Part shown: one piece after another, positions 56,266 through 63,950 of the stretch
Layout: the number at the start of each line of letters is the position of its first letter
Numbering within the stretch: the first letter of the stretch is position 1
Source of the DNA: Bacteroidia bacterium
GTDB lineage: Bacteria > Bacteroidota > Bacteroidia > UBA4408
Assembly: GCA_014376525.1 (NCBI GenBank)
Contig: JACMRI010000026.1
Span: forward strand, 1-63,950
DNA: 63,950 nt
Direction of reading: 5' to 3'
The notes under the pieces: model-generated
Told to the model about the DNA's origin: nothing
Databases searched by the model: none
Seen by the model: the letters and a program-made list of their open reading frames with translations, nothing else
Made by a program: the position numbers and the translations under genes

Positions 56266-57536
56266 TTAAATACATCAATTATTATTTGTTAATTATTTTA
56301 GGACTTGTAGTAATTAATGCTCAAGCACAAGTAAATTCGCCAATATCGGCATTAGGTATTGGCGAACCATACACCGATGTAGGTTTTGCCAATGTAGTTA
56401 CTGGCGGTAGTGCTGTTAATTGTTGGCAAAATGCTGCTAATATAGAAAACCCTGCAAGCTACAGTATGATGCGCTACACAACTTTTGAAGCGGCTTTGGC
56501 CACCGAAATACATAGCTATACCAACAAAGCGAACGAAAACTACAAGTATAGCAAAACTGGGTTTAAACATTTTAGTTTGGCTATGCCTACCACCAAAGGT
56601 TTGGGAGCGATAATAGCCTATATGCCTTACTCACGTGTAAACTATGCAAGTATTAGCAATGGGGTAGATGTAAGTGGCGATTCGGTAGAATATACCAATG
56701 CGGGCAAAGGCGGTATAAACCGCGGCACTATTGGCTTAAGTTATAAGTTTGTAAATGATAGTACTTTTATATTAAGTTCGGGGTTTAACATCAATGCCTT
56801 ATTTGGCGAGGTTATAAACCAACAGCGCAATCAGTACCACATTGCATCAACTAAGTTTAGTGCCTTGTACCGCAACTCGGCGTATTACACAGGAGTAAAT
56901 GGTACGTTAGGTATACAAGTGCAGTATTTACCCAAAGCCTTACACACGCTGTACATGGGCACATCATTTACATTAGAAACTAATGCTAAAACAGTACAAA
57001 ATATAGAGATAGTATCGTATGGTAATAATGGTAATACTATTGTATATAGAGATACGGTGGCTATTGTAAACGAAGCTACTTCACGCTCCACTCTGCCCAG
57101 TACTTTTAATGTGGGGGTAGGTTATGGTGTAAAACACGCATCGTTATTAGATGCTGATAAATACTATGTAAGTATTAATTACAGTAGTACTGCTTGGCAA
57201 ACGTCATCGTTTGGGACCAAAAGTATTCCGTTTTATAATTCTAAAACGGTAAGTGCAGCATTTTTATACAACCCACAAAACGGACGTAAAATAAAAAACA
57301 ATATTCGCTATGGCGTTAAGTTAGCTACGCAACAATGGTACTACAGCAAAGTTTTTAATGATTATAGTGCCACGGTAAGCCTTGGTATACCTTTACCTCG
57401 CTCGGTATCAAGTATTAATGTAGCTTATACTATTGGTAACAGAGCTTTGCTTAACAACACTAACGAAATGTATCATACTATAACGGTAGGCGTGTTACTT
57501 AACGATATTTGGTTTATAAAACCTAAAGTAGACTAA
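56262..57536 (+). CDS. Predicted outer-membrane beta-barrel protein (between coaX and lptC)
   Basis: Signal peptide ending NAQAQ. Tyr/Gly/Asn-rich alternating strands. GTG start overlaps the coaX stop (GTGA). No specific family recognised. Confidence 0.5.
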   Translation: MIKYINYYLLIILGLVVINAQAQVNSPISALGIGEPYTDVGFANVVTGGSAVNCWQNAANIENPASYSMMRYTTFEAALATEIHSYTNKANENYKYSKTGFKHFSLAMPTTKGLGAIIAYMPYSRVNYASISNGVDVSGDSVEYTNAGKGGINRGTIGLSYKFVNDSTFILSSGFNINALFGEVINQQRNQYHIASTKFSALYRNSAYYTGVNGTLGIQVQYLPKALHTLYMGTSFTLETNAKTVQNIEIVSYGNNGNTIVYRDTVAIVNEATSRSTLPSTFNVGVGYGVKHASLLDADKYYVSINYSSTAWQTSSFGTKSIPFYNSKTVSAAFLYNPQNGRKIKNNIRYGVKLATQQWYYSKVFNDYSATVSLGIPLPRSVSSINVAYTIGNRALLNNTNEMYHTITVGVLLNDIWFIKPKVD

Positions 57537-58099
57537 TGCTAAAATTAGCCCTTTTTTTGAGCGTAATAGTGGTGTTGCTTAATGCATGTGCCAATGATAC
57601 CGCTACTGTAAATGCAATAAATATGCATAATAAAGAGGCGCTTAACCGTGTTATAAACGCCGAAATTATATACAGCGATAGCGGACATGTAAAAGCAAAA
57701 ATAACAGCTCCTATTATTGAAGATTATGATGGAGACAATCCTTACACCGAATTTAAAAAAGGAATTACAGCCATTATGTACGACGATGATTTGAAAGAAA
57801 CTACACGTATGAGTGCTAAATATGCTATTAAACCTAACAAAAAAAACTATGTAGAAGCACGCAACAATGTAATAGTAATAAACGAAAAAGGCGACCAGCT
57901 TAACACCGAACATATTATTTGGGACGAGCAACAAGATCGCATAACATCGGATGCATTTGTAAAAATACGCACCAAAGACCAAATAATATTTGGGCAAGGT
58001 TTAGAGTCTAACCAGTCGTTTAGCAAGTACCATATATTGCACCCTACAGGTTTTATTAATTTGAATATGGACAACACCGACAGTATTAACACCAATTAA
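57536..58099 (+). CDS. lptC: LPS export periplasmic protein LptC
   Basis: Lipobox-like LLNAC. ~190 aa OstA-like fold pattern (VINAEIIYSDSGHVKAKITAP..NNVIVINEKGDQLNTEHIIWDEQQDRITSD). Start overlaps the upstream stop. Confidence 0.68.
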   Translation: MLKLALFLSVIVVLLNACANDTATVNAINMHNKEALNRVINAEIIYSDSGHVKAKITAPIIEDYDGDNPYTEFKKGITAIMYDDDLKETTRMSAKYAIKPNKKNYVEARNNVIVINEKGDQLNTEHIIWDEQQDRITSDAFVKIRTKDQIIFGQGLESNQSFSKYHILHPTGFINLNMDNTDSINTN

Positions 58100-58103
58100 A
58101 CAA

Positions 58104-58313
58104 ATGGAAAAAATAATAAATAGTATAAAATACGTATGGCTTGGTATAGCCCTATTTGCAATGGTTACAGGCGTTTATTACACCGCCAAAGGCGAGTGGA
58201 AAGATGGTATATTCTTTTTTGTAATAGTAGCCGTAGGTATGGTTATGTTTAGAATAAATTTAAGTCGTCAAAAAGCATATTACAACACCCCTAACGCTCA
58301 ACCCAAACAATAA
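58104..58313 (+). CDS. Small two-TM membrane protein
   Basis: 69 aa with two hydrophobic helices (VWLGIALFAMVTGVYY, IFFFVIVAVGMVMF). Tightly packed between lptC and the CNNM gene. Confidence 0.4.
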   Translation: MEKIINSIKYVWLGIALFAMVTGVYYTAKGEWKDGIFFFVIVAVGMVMFRINLSRQKAYYNTPNAQPKQ

Positions 58314-58316
58314 CAA

Positions 58317-59579
58317 ATGTTTCATCACCCACTATTTATTATACTACTTACACTTATTGCCTGTGCGTTTTTTTCGGGCCTAGAAATAGCATTTCTTACT
58401 GCCAATAAACTTAAAATAGAACTAGAAAGAAAGCAAGGAATATTATCTGCAAAAATATTTAGTAAGTTTTTAAAACAGCCATCGCACTTTATAAGCACTA
58501 CGCTTTTGGGCAATTGTATTTCAATAGTTATTTATGGTATTTATTCGGAGGAATATTTAGAACCATTTATAGAGCAACTTACTAATTCGGGGCCTGTTAT
58601 TTTTATTACAAAAATGACTATAAGTACTGTATTTATACTGCTTACGGCAGAGTATATTCCAAAGTCGCTGTTTAGTATTAACTCCAATTTTACCTTACAC
58701 ATATTTGCTATACCTTTTATTATTATTTATTATTTGTTGTATCCGTTAGTGTTTGTTACTATGAATATTTCGGAGTTTATTATTAATCGTTTTGCTGGAA
58801 ACACACATACTGCACAGCAATTGAGTTTTGGCAAAATAGATTTAGAAAATTACCTCAATACCGTAAACAATACTGCTGATGCCAACAATAACAATGTGGA
58901 TCACGAAGTAAAAATATTTCAAAATGCCTTGATGTTTGCGCAGCTAAAAGCACGAGATTGTATGATACCTCGCACCGAAATAGCTGCTATAGAGATAAAT
59001 GCGTCCATAGAAACACTACAAAATAAGTTTGCTGACACAGGCTTTAGTAAGGTTATTGTGTACAGAGATACCATTGATAACATAATTGGTTATGTACACT
59101 CCTTAGAATTATTTAGCAAGCCTACACAGCTAAAAGCCCTTATATTGCCCGTAGTGGTAGTGCCTGAGAGTAAAGCTGCACAAGAAATACTTACACTTAT
59201 GCTACAGCAACGCCGTAGTGTAGCTGTAGTGGTTGATGAGTTTGGTGGTACAGCAGGGCTTATTACTACCGAAGATATTATAGAAAAAATAATAGGGGAT
59301 GTAGAAGACGAACACGACGATGATATGCCCATAGAGCGAATGATGAACGAAAACGAATATATGTTCTCAAGTCGTTTGGATATTGATTATCTTAATGAAA
59401 AATACCAGCTACGCCTACCCGATAATATAAAATACGAAACACTTGCAGGGCTTATTATACACCACTCACAAAACATTCCGCTAAAGAACGATATTGTACA
59501 TGTGGGCAAGTTTGTGTTTACTGTTTTATCCGTTTCGCAAAAACGAATTGAGTTAGTAAAACTGAATATTGTTAGATAA
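58317..59579 (+). CDS. Hemolysin/CorC-family protein (CNNM/DUF21 TM domain + CBS pair + CorC_HlyC)
   Basis: N-terminal DUF21 (FFSGLEIAF), CBS region (ARDCMIPRTEI..IDNIIGYVH), VVDEFGGTAGLITTEDIIEKIIGD, C-terminal transporter-associated domain. Confidence 0.85.
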   Translation: MFHHPLFIILLTLIACAFFSGLEIAFLTANKLKIELERKQGILSAKIFSKFLKQPSHFISTTLLGNCISIVIYGIYSEEYLEPFIEQLTNSGPVIFITKMTISTVFILLTAEYIPKSLFSINSNFTLHIFAIPFIIIYYLLYPLVFVTMNISEFIINRFAGNTHTAQQLSFGKIDLENYLNTVNNTADANNNNVDHEVKIFQNALMFAQLKARDCMIPRTEIAAIEINASIETLQNKFADTGFSKVIVYRDTIDNIIGYVHSLELFSKPTQLKALILPVVVVPESKAAQEILTLMLQQRRSVAVVVDEFGGTAGLITTEDIIEKIIGDVEDEHDDDMPIERMMNENEYMFSSRLDIDYLNEKYQLRLPDNIKYETLAGLIIHHSQNIPLKNDIVHVGKFVFTVLSVSQKRIELVKLNIVR

Positions 59580-59582
59580 GTT

Positions 59583-60551
59583 GTGATAAAGTTTCTTTGT
59601 GTATTAGTTGCGTTGTGTATAGTTAACACTATTAATGCCCAACAGTTAAAAGGAATAATAAAAGCTAATAATGAAACCTTTATAGCATACGTAAATATAG
59701 GCATACCAACGCGAAACATAGGTATAACCACTAACGAAAATGGCGAGTTTAACTTTATAATAACCAACGAACAGCCTACCGACACAGTGTATATAACTGC
59801 CATTGGTTATGGTTTGATGAGGCTATCGTTTGATAAATTTAAAAACCAGTGCGAAACCAATGCGCCATTTTATTTAACTAAAATAGTATATGAATTAGCA
59901 TCGGTAATAGTGCGCCCCAATACCTACGAAACCAAAATAATAGGCAATGCCAATGTAGCAGGCCTAGATTGCGAACGTATAGACGAACTGTTTAAAAAAA
60001 TGGATACCGCAAATGTGCGCAAACTTAATCGTTACAAAGAAAAAAAAGGATTAAGCCAAAAAGCATTTGGGTTTGAACTTGGCAACCAAATAAAAATAAA
60101 AAAAGGACAGCAAACATTTATAAATAAAATACAATTTAAAACTTGCCTCAACGCTAACGATACAGCCATATACAGGCTTAATGTATATGGAAACGAAATT
60201 GTACTGAAAACGAAATTAACCGTTGTAGGTAAAGTTAAACAAGTACAATTATCTAACTTACTAAAGCAACAAATTATTATAAAAACTCATAGTAAAACAG
60301 AAGTGCATAACATAGATATAAGCAACCAAAACATAGAGGTTGATGATGATTTTATAATTGGTTTAGAGTGCATATACGCATCAAATAGCAAAATGAACCT
60401 AGGTACCAAAATGAATGTATTTGGTGCTACCGATTTTGTGTTTAGACCAAGTGCCTACGCATCGTGGATAGACGTGCCGCTTATTGATTTAACATTTGTA
60501 GGGGTAAGTATTACTACCAAAAAACAAAAGCCATTTTATCAGTTCTGGTAG
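59583..60551 (+). CDS. Carboxypeptidase-regulatory-like domain protein
   Basis: Signal peptide. LKGIIKANNETFIAYVNIGIPTRNIGITTNENGEFNFII fits CarboxypepD_reg. GTG start. Confidence 0.5.
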   Translation: MIKFLCVLVALCIVNTINAQQLKGIIKANNETFIAYVNIGIPTRNIGITTNENGEFNFIITNEQPTDTVYITAIGYGLMRLSFDKFKNQCETNAPFYLTKIVYELASVIVRPNTYETKIIGNANVAGLDCERIDELFKKMDTANVRKLNRYKEKKGLSQKAFGFELGNQIKIKKGQQTFINKIQFKTCLNANDTAIYRLNVYGNEIVLKTKLTVVGKVKQVQLSNLLKQQIIIKTHSKTEVHNIDISNQNIEVDDDFIIGLECIYASNSKMNLGTKMNVFGATDFVFRPSAYASWIDVPLIDLTFVGVSITTKKQKPFYQFW

Positions 60552-60623
60552 TACCACTACCTAAATATTAGCCAATAAATAGAGTGTATAGTATAAAAAA
60601 ACACTGGTAAAATATCAAAAATA

Positions 60624-60661
60624 AAAAAAGCGTTCGTTTCAAAAGAAACGAACGCTTTTTA
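60624..60661. terminator. Bidirectional terminator between convergent genes
   Basis: aaaaagcgttcgtttc aaaa gaaacgaacgcttttt, a perfect stem with A/T runs on both sides. Confidence 0.85.
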
Positions 60662-60681
60662 AATACTATTTTTTTTTATAA

Positions 60682-61227
60682 TTACATTTTTGGTGTAACT
60701 ACTGCATCAATTACGTGTATAACACCGTTTGATTGATTAACGTTAGCAACAGTAATGTTGGCTGTGTTACCGTTTTCATCTTTTAACATAATGTTAGAAC
60801 CATTAAGCATTGCAATAAGTTTACCACCACTTACAGTATTTAATACCGCTTTACCTTTTCCAGCTTTAATTAATTTAATAATATCATCGCTCGATAATTT
60901 ACCTGCCACTACGTGGTAAGTAAGTATTGTAGTAAGTGTTTTTTTGTTCTCAGGCTTTAGTAACATTTCTACGGTACCTGCCGCTAAGTTTTCAAACGCA
61001 TCGTTGGTTGGTGCAAATACTGTAAATGGACCTTTACTCATTAATGTTTCTACTAAGCCTGCTGCTTTTACTGCTGCTACAAGCGTTGTGTGGTCTTTAC
61101 TGTTTACTGCATTCTCTACAATGTTTTTAGCTGGATACATTACCTCTCCACCTACTGTTGTATTTTGTGCGTTAGCAAATGAACCTAATGCTAATACTAC
61201 TGCTACACTTAAAATAATTTTTTTCAT
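60682..61227 (-). CDS. Fasciclin (FAS1) domain protein
   Basis: Signal peptide. TLVAAVKAAGLVETL..GPFTVFAPTNDAFENL..LTYHVV.GK..NGVIHVIDAVV FAS1 motifs. Confidence 0.85.
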   Translation of the reverse strand: MKKIILSVAVVLALGSFANAQNTTVGGEVMYPAKNIVENAVNSKDHTTLVAAVKAAGLVETLMSKGPFTVFAPTNDAFENLAAGTVEMLLKPENKKTLTTILTYHVVAGKLSSDDIIKLIKAGKGKAVLNTVSGGKLIAMLNGSNIMLKDENGNTANITVANVNQSNGVIHVIDAVVTPKM

Positions 61228-61381
61228 TTTTTTAGTTTAAATTGTTTTGGTTAAATTTTATTTACTGTTTCCATTTACGAATAAAAAACAACCTTGGTTT
61301 TATTTTAATCAAAGTTTTAGTTTGCTCCCTTTTAATGTGTTTGCTAAAACAAAAAATAAACCACCGTCTTGTTTTAATACT

Positions 61382-61389
61382 TAAATTTG
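61382..61389 (+). promoter_or_regulatory. Candidate -7 box TAAATTTG upstream of the desaturase gene
   Basis: Matches TAnnTTTG, 46 nt upstream of the ATG at 61436. Confidence 0.3.
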
Positions 61390-61435
61390 CGTTAGATTAT
61401 TTTAACATTATTTATAAACAATAATTAAACTTATT

Positions 61436-62521
61436 ATGCAAATTAAATTTGATCATAAAAACAATGCGCAGTTTTTTATTACATTAAAACAACGTGTAGA
61501 TAATTATTTTAAAGATAACAACATAAGCCCCAATGCCAATGCTTATATGGTGTTTAAGAGTGTAGTATTAATGTTTGTTTTTTATGGTTTGTATGCTGTA
61601 ATATTATCACACACACTTAATATTTGGTTAATATTTGCACTATGTATTGTGTTGGGCTTGTTTACTGCCTTTGTAGGTTTTAACATTAGCCACGATGCTA
61701 CACATGGTTCTTATTCTAAAAGTAGCAAAATAAATAAAATACTTAGTTACACGTTTGATATGTTTGGTGCAAGCTCTTATATGTGGAGTATTGCGCACAA
61801 CCAAATACATCACACTTATACCAATATTCCCGACCACGACGACGACCTAGAACCTGTATTTTTGGTACGCCTCCACGAAGAAAAAAAGTTGTATTGGATA
61901 CACCGTTACCAACACTATTACGCCTCGTTTTTTTACTTAATAGTATCACTTAATTGGGTGTTGTTTAAAGATTACTCTAAAATGTTTTCAAAACAAATAT
62001 TGAATCACAACGTTCGCAAAATAGCTACTAAGGATATAATAATACTATTTACAAGTAAACTAATTTATTACTTTATGTTTATAGTATTACCAATGCTTTT
62101 AGGCTATACGTGGTGGCAAGTGCTTATTGGTTTTACGGTTATGCACTTTGCCGAAGGTTTTACATTGGCTATTGTGTTTCAATTGGCACACGTGGTAGAA
62201 TCTACGCATTTTCCTATGCCTGATGCTAATGGTACTGTAGAAAATAATTGGGCAGTACACCAGCTTTATACAACTGCTAATTTTGCACGTAGCAGTAAGC
62301 TAGCTACGTTTTTCTTTGGTGGATTAAATTATCAAGTAGAGCATCATTTATTTCCTCGTATATGCCATATACATTATAAAAAAATATCAGAAATAGTAAA
62401 AGCTACTTCGCACGAATTTAACATTCCGTACAACGATTATAAAACGATGGGGCAAGCAATAGCATCGCACTACCGCATGCTTAAACTACTAGGGCGAAAT
62501 GAACGCTTAAGTTTTTCTTAA
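61436..62521 (+). CDS. Membrane fatty-acid desaturase, front-end type (QxxHH third box), no cytochrome b5 domain
   Basis: His boxes HDATH, HNQIHH and QVEHH, with TM helices between them. 361 aa. Confidence 0.82.
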   Translation: MQIKFDHKNNAQFFITLKQRVDNYFKDNNISPNANAYMVFKSVVLMFVFYGLYAVILSHTLNIWLIFALCIVLGLFTAFVGFNISHDATHGSYSKSSKINKILSYTFDMFGASSYMWSIAHNQIHHTYTNIPDHDDDLEPVFLVRLHEEKKLYWIHRYQHYYASFFYLIVSLNWVLFKDYSKMFSKQILNHNVRKIATKDIIILFTSKLIYYFMFIVLPMLLGYTWWQVLIGFTVMHFAEGFTLAIVFQLAHVVESTHFPMPDANGTVENNWAVHQLYTTANFARSSKLATFFFGGLNYQVEHHLFPRICHIHYKKISEIVKATSHEFNIPYNDYKTMGQAIASHYRMLKLLGRNERLSFS

Positions 62522-62571
62522 TTTATTTATTACACTTATTGCGCTCATATTTTAGTACATATATTTTATAA

Positions 62572-63228
62572 ATGAACGCAATAACCTACCAACTATTTTT
62601 ACACGAAATACGCTCCGAGTTCCGCAATAAGTCGGCACTTGGAGCTATTTTTTTGTACAATACTGCCAGTTATTATTTGGTAAGTCAGTTGTATCAACAA
62701 AATATAAGTGCACTTTCTTGGGCTGCTGTATTTATAATTATACAATTGTTTGGAGCAATAAACGCAATTGCCAAAAGTTTTGTAGCCGAAGGTAATGGTA
62801 GAATACTGTATTATGCCCAGTTAGCAAGTGGTACAAGCATATTAATAGCAAAAACAATGGCTAATTTTTTATTACTCTTAGCACTTTCATTAGTGAGCTT
62901 AGTATTATCATTAGTGTTTTTTGGCAACTTTGTAACTGATATTCCCTTATTTGCACTTACACAAGTATTAATGAGTGCATTTTGGGCGTGTATGCTCACT
63001 TTTTTATCGAGTATAGCCATGAAAACCAACAACGGCAACGTAGTTATGGCTATTATAAGTTTGCCTATGCTTATACCATTTGCTGGTGTAAGTATGAAAT
63101 TATTTAAAATATGTATGGACGGTTTAGGCTGGTACGTAGCTGCCAAATATTTATTTTTGCTTGTAGCACTTATTGTGGCTATTGAGGCATTAGGAATTTT
63201 GCTTTTTAAGTACATTTGGAAAAATTGA
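62572..63228 (+). CDS. Six-TM ABC-type permease, CcmB-like (heme exporter B)
   Basis: 218 aa with six hydrophobic helices. N-terminal FLHEIRSEFRNKSALGAIFLY resembles CcmB. No ccmA/ccmC neighbour in the window. Confidence 0.5.
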   Translation: MNAITYQLFLHEIRSEFRNKSALGAIFLYNTASYYLVSQLYQQNISALSWAAVFIIIQLFGAINAIAKSFVAEGNGRILYYAQLASGTSILIAKTMANFLLLLALSLVSLVLSLVFFGNFVTDIPLFALTQVLMSAFWACMLTFLSSIAMKTNNGNVVMAIISLPMLIPFAGVSMKLFKICMDGLGWYVAAKYLFLLVALIVAIEALGILLFKYIWKN

Positions 63229-63296
63229 TAAAAACAAAAAATAAATTAATTAAATTATAGTAGTATATTAGTTTAAAATTAAATTTAAATTAAGTC

Positions 63297-63950
63297 ATGA
63301 AAAATTTTAACCTACTAATAACATTTATCTTTTTTACACTTAATACTAATGCTAGTGAGGGATGGACTCGCAAGCCGTTTGAGCGTAAAGTATTTATAGA
63401 AAACAAAGGGCAGTTCAACGACCGATTGCCTGTACAATACCAAAGCTTCAATTATTGTATTGATAATGGTGCACAAGTATTATTTAACAACAATAGTATT
63501 GTATACCATTTTAGTAAAAATAATATGGCCGACTTCATAGAGGAAGAAATTCATAAAAGCAATCGTGAGCGTGCAAGAGAAACGCCTGAAAACGAAGAGC
63601 GAGAGCGTAAAAAGTTTGCACCAACACACCAATATATTACTTTACAATGGTTAAACGCTAATCCTAATGCCACAGTTGAAGTAAGTAATAAGTCTGCAAC
63701 CGATTATGGCTATGTTATAAAAAAACCGAATACAGAAAAAGATTATTTTACCCAACACTGTGCTGGATACGCTAATTTAACTATTAAAAACTTGTATAAT
63801 GGTGTTGATGCTGAGTATTTTTTTAACCAAAACGAAGGATTTAAATACAACTTAATAATAAGTGCTGGTGCAGATGTAAGCCAAATAAAATTTAAGTATG
63901 AGGGTGCTAAAAATGTGTACTTAAAAAATGAAGAATTACATATTAAAACA
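63297..63950 (+). CDS. Secreted protein with DUF7948-like N-terminal domain (N-terminal 218 codons only; absent from supplied ORF track)
   Basis: ATG at 63297, open to the window end (checked). Signal peptide LLITFIFFTLNTNA, then FIENKGQF, the hallmark start of SBBP/beta-propeller T9SS cargo proteins. Confidence 0.55.
   Translation, partial: MKNFNLLITFIFFTLNTNASEGWTRKPFERKVFIENKGQFNDRLPVQYQSFNYCIDNGAQVLFNNNSIVYHFSKNNMADFIEEEIHKSNRERARETPENEERERKKFAPTHQYITLQWLNANPNATVEVSNKSATDYGYVIKKPNTEKDYFTQHCAGYANLTIKNLYNGVDAEYFFNQNEGFKYNLIISAGADVSQIKFKYEGAKNVYLKNEELHIKT

Noticed and set aside
58317-59579. Calling the CNNM/CBS/CorC gene gldE
   Set aside because: GldE belongs to this family, but it is recognised by its adjacency to gldD. 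Here the downstream gene is a CarboxypepD_reg-like protein, and the upstream context (coaX-lptC) is that of the generic hemolysin-family paralogue.

Overview
AT-rich (by eye, high-30s % GC) chromosomal segment of a Bacteroidota bacterium, probably Flavobacteriia-like. Supporting signs are gldG, a PorV-like barrel, PorP/SprF, type-A-like and type-B T9SS C-terminal domains, TAnnTTTG promoter boxes, and a proteorhodopsin with Met at the tuning position. I support about 50 protein genes and 2 tRNAs. Housekeeping genes (metF, ruvC, greA, meaB, gmd, gcvT, rpsA, dnaE, coaX, lptC, tlyA) are interleaved with cell-surface/T9SS cargo loci. Two edge-truncated genes (1-1788 minus, 63297-63950 plus) are missing from the supplied ORF track. 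Stand-out observations: (1) a terminator-delimited three-gene outer-membrane module at 8.5-17.7 kb, made of a 1245-aa plug/barrel protein, a 1429-aa protein with a CTD-like tail and a PorV-like barrel, with no assigned function; (2) a one-strand light neighbourhood at 22.4-27.1 kb (cry-DASH, SRPBCC, DUF2805/TIGR03643-like, SDR, flavin reductase, proteorhodopsin) with no retinal-synthesis gene nearby; (3) a nest of structured repeats between dnaE and tRNA-Phe, two of them inverted around an AT-rich orphan ORF, whose exact 16-nt core recurs at 5.7 kb and inside a signal-peptide coding region at 1.6 kb; (4) a 2513-aa thrombospondin-type-3 / tandem-95 adhesin with type-B CTD plus cognate PorP/SprF and OmpA-family genes. 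I saw no CRISPR array, integrase, transposase, rRNA or recognisable defence gene. All family assignments come from motif recognition by eye, not from database searches.
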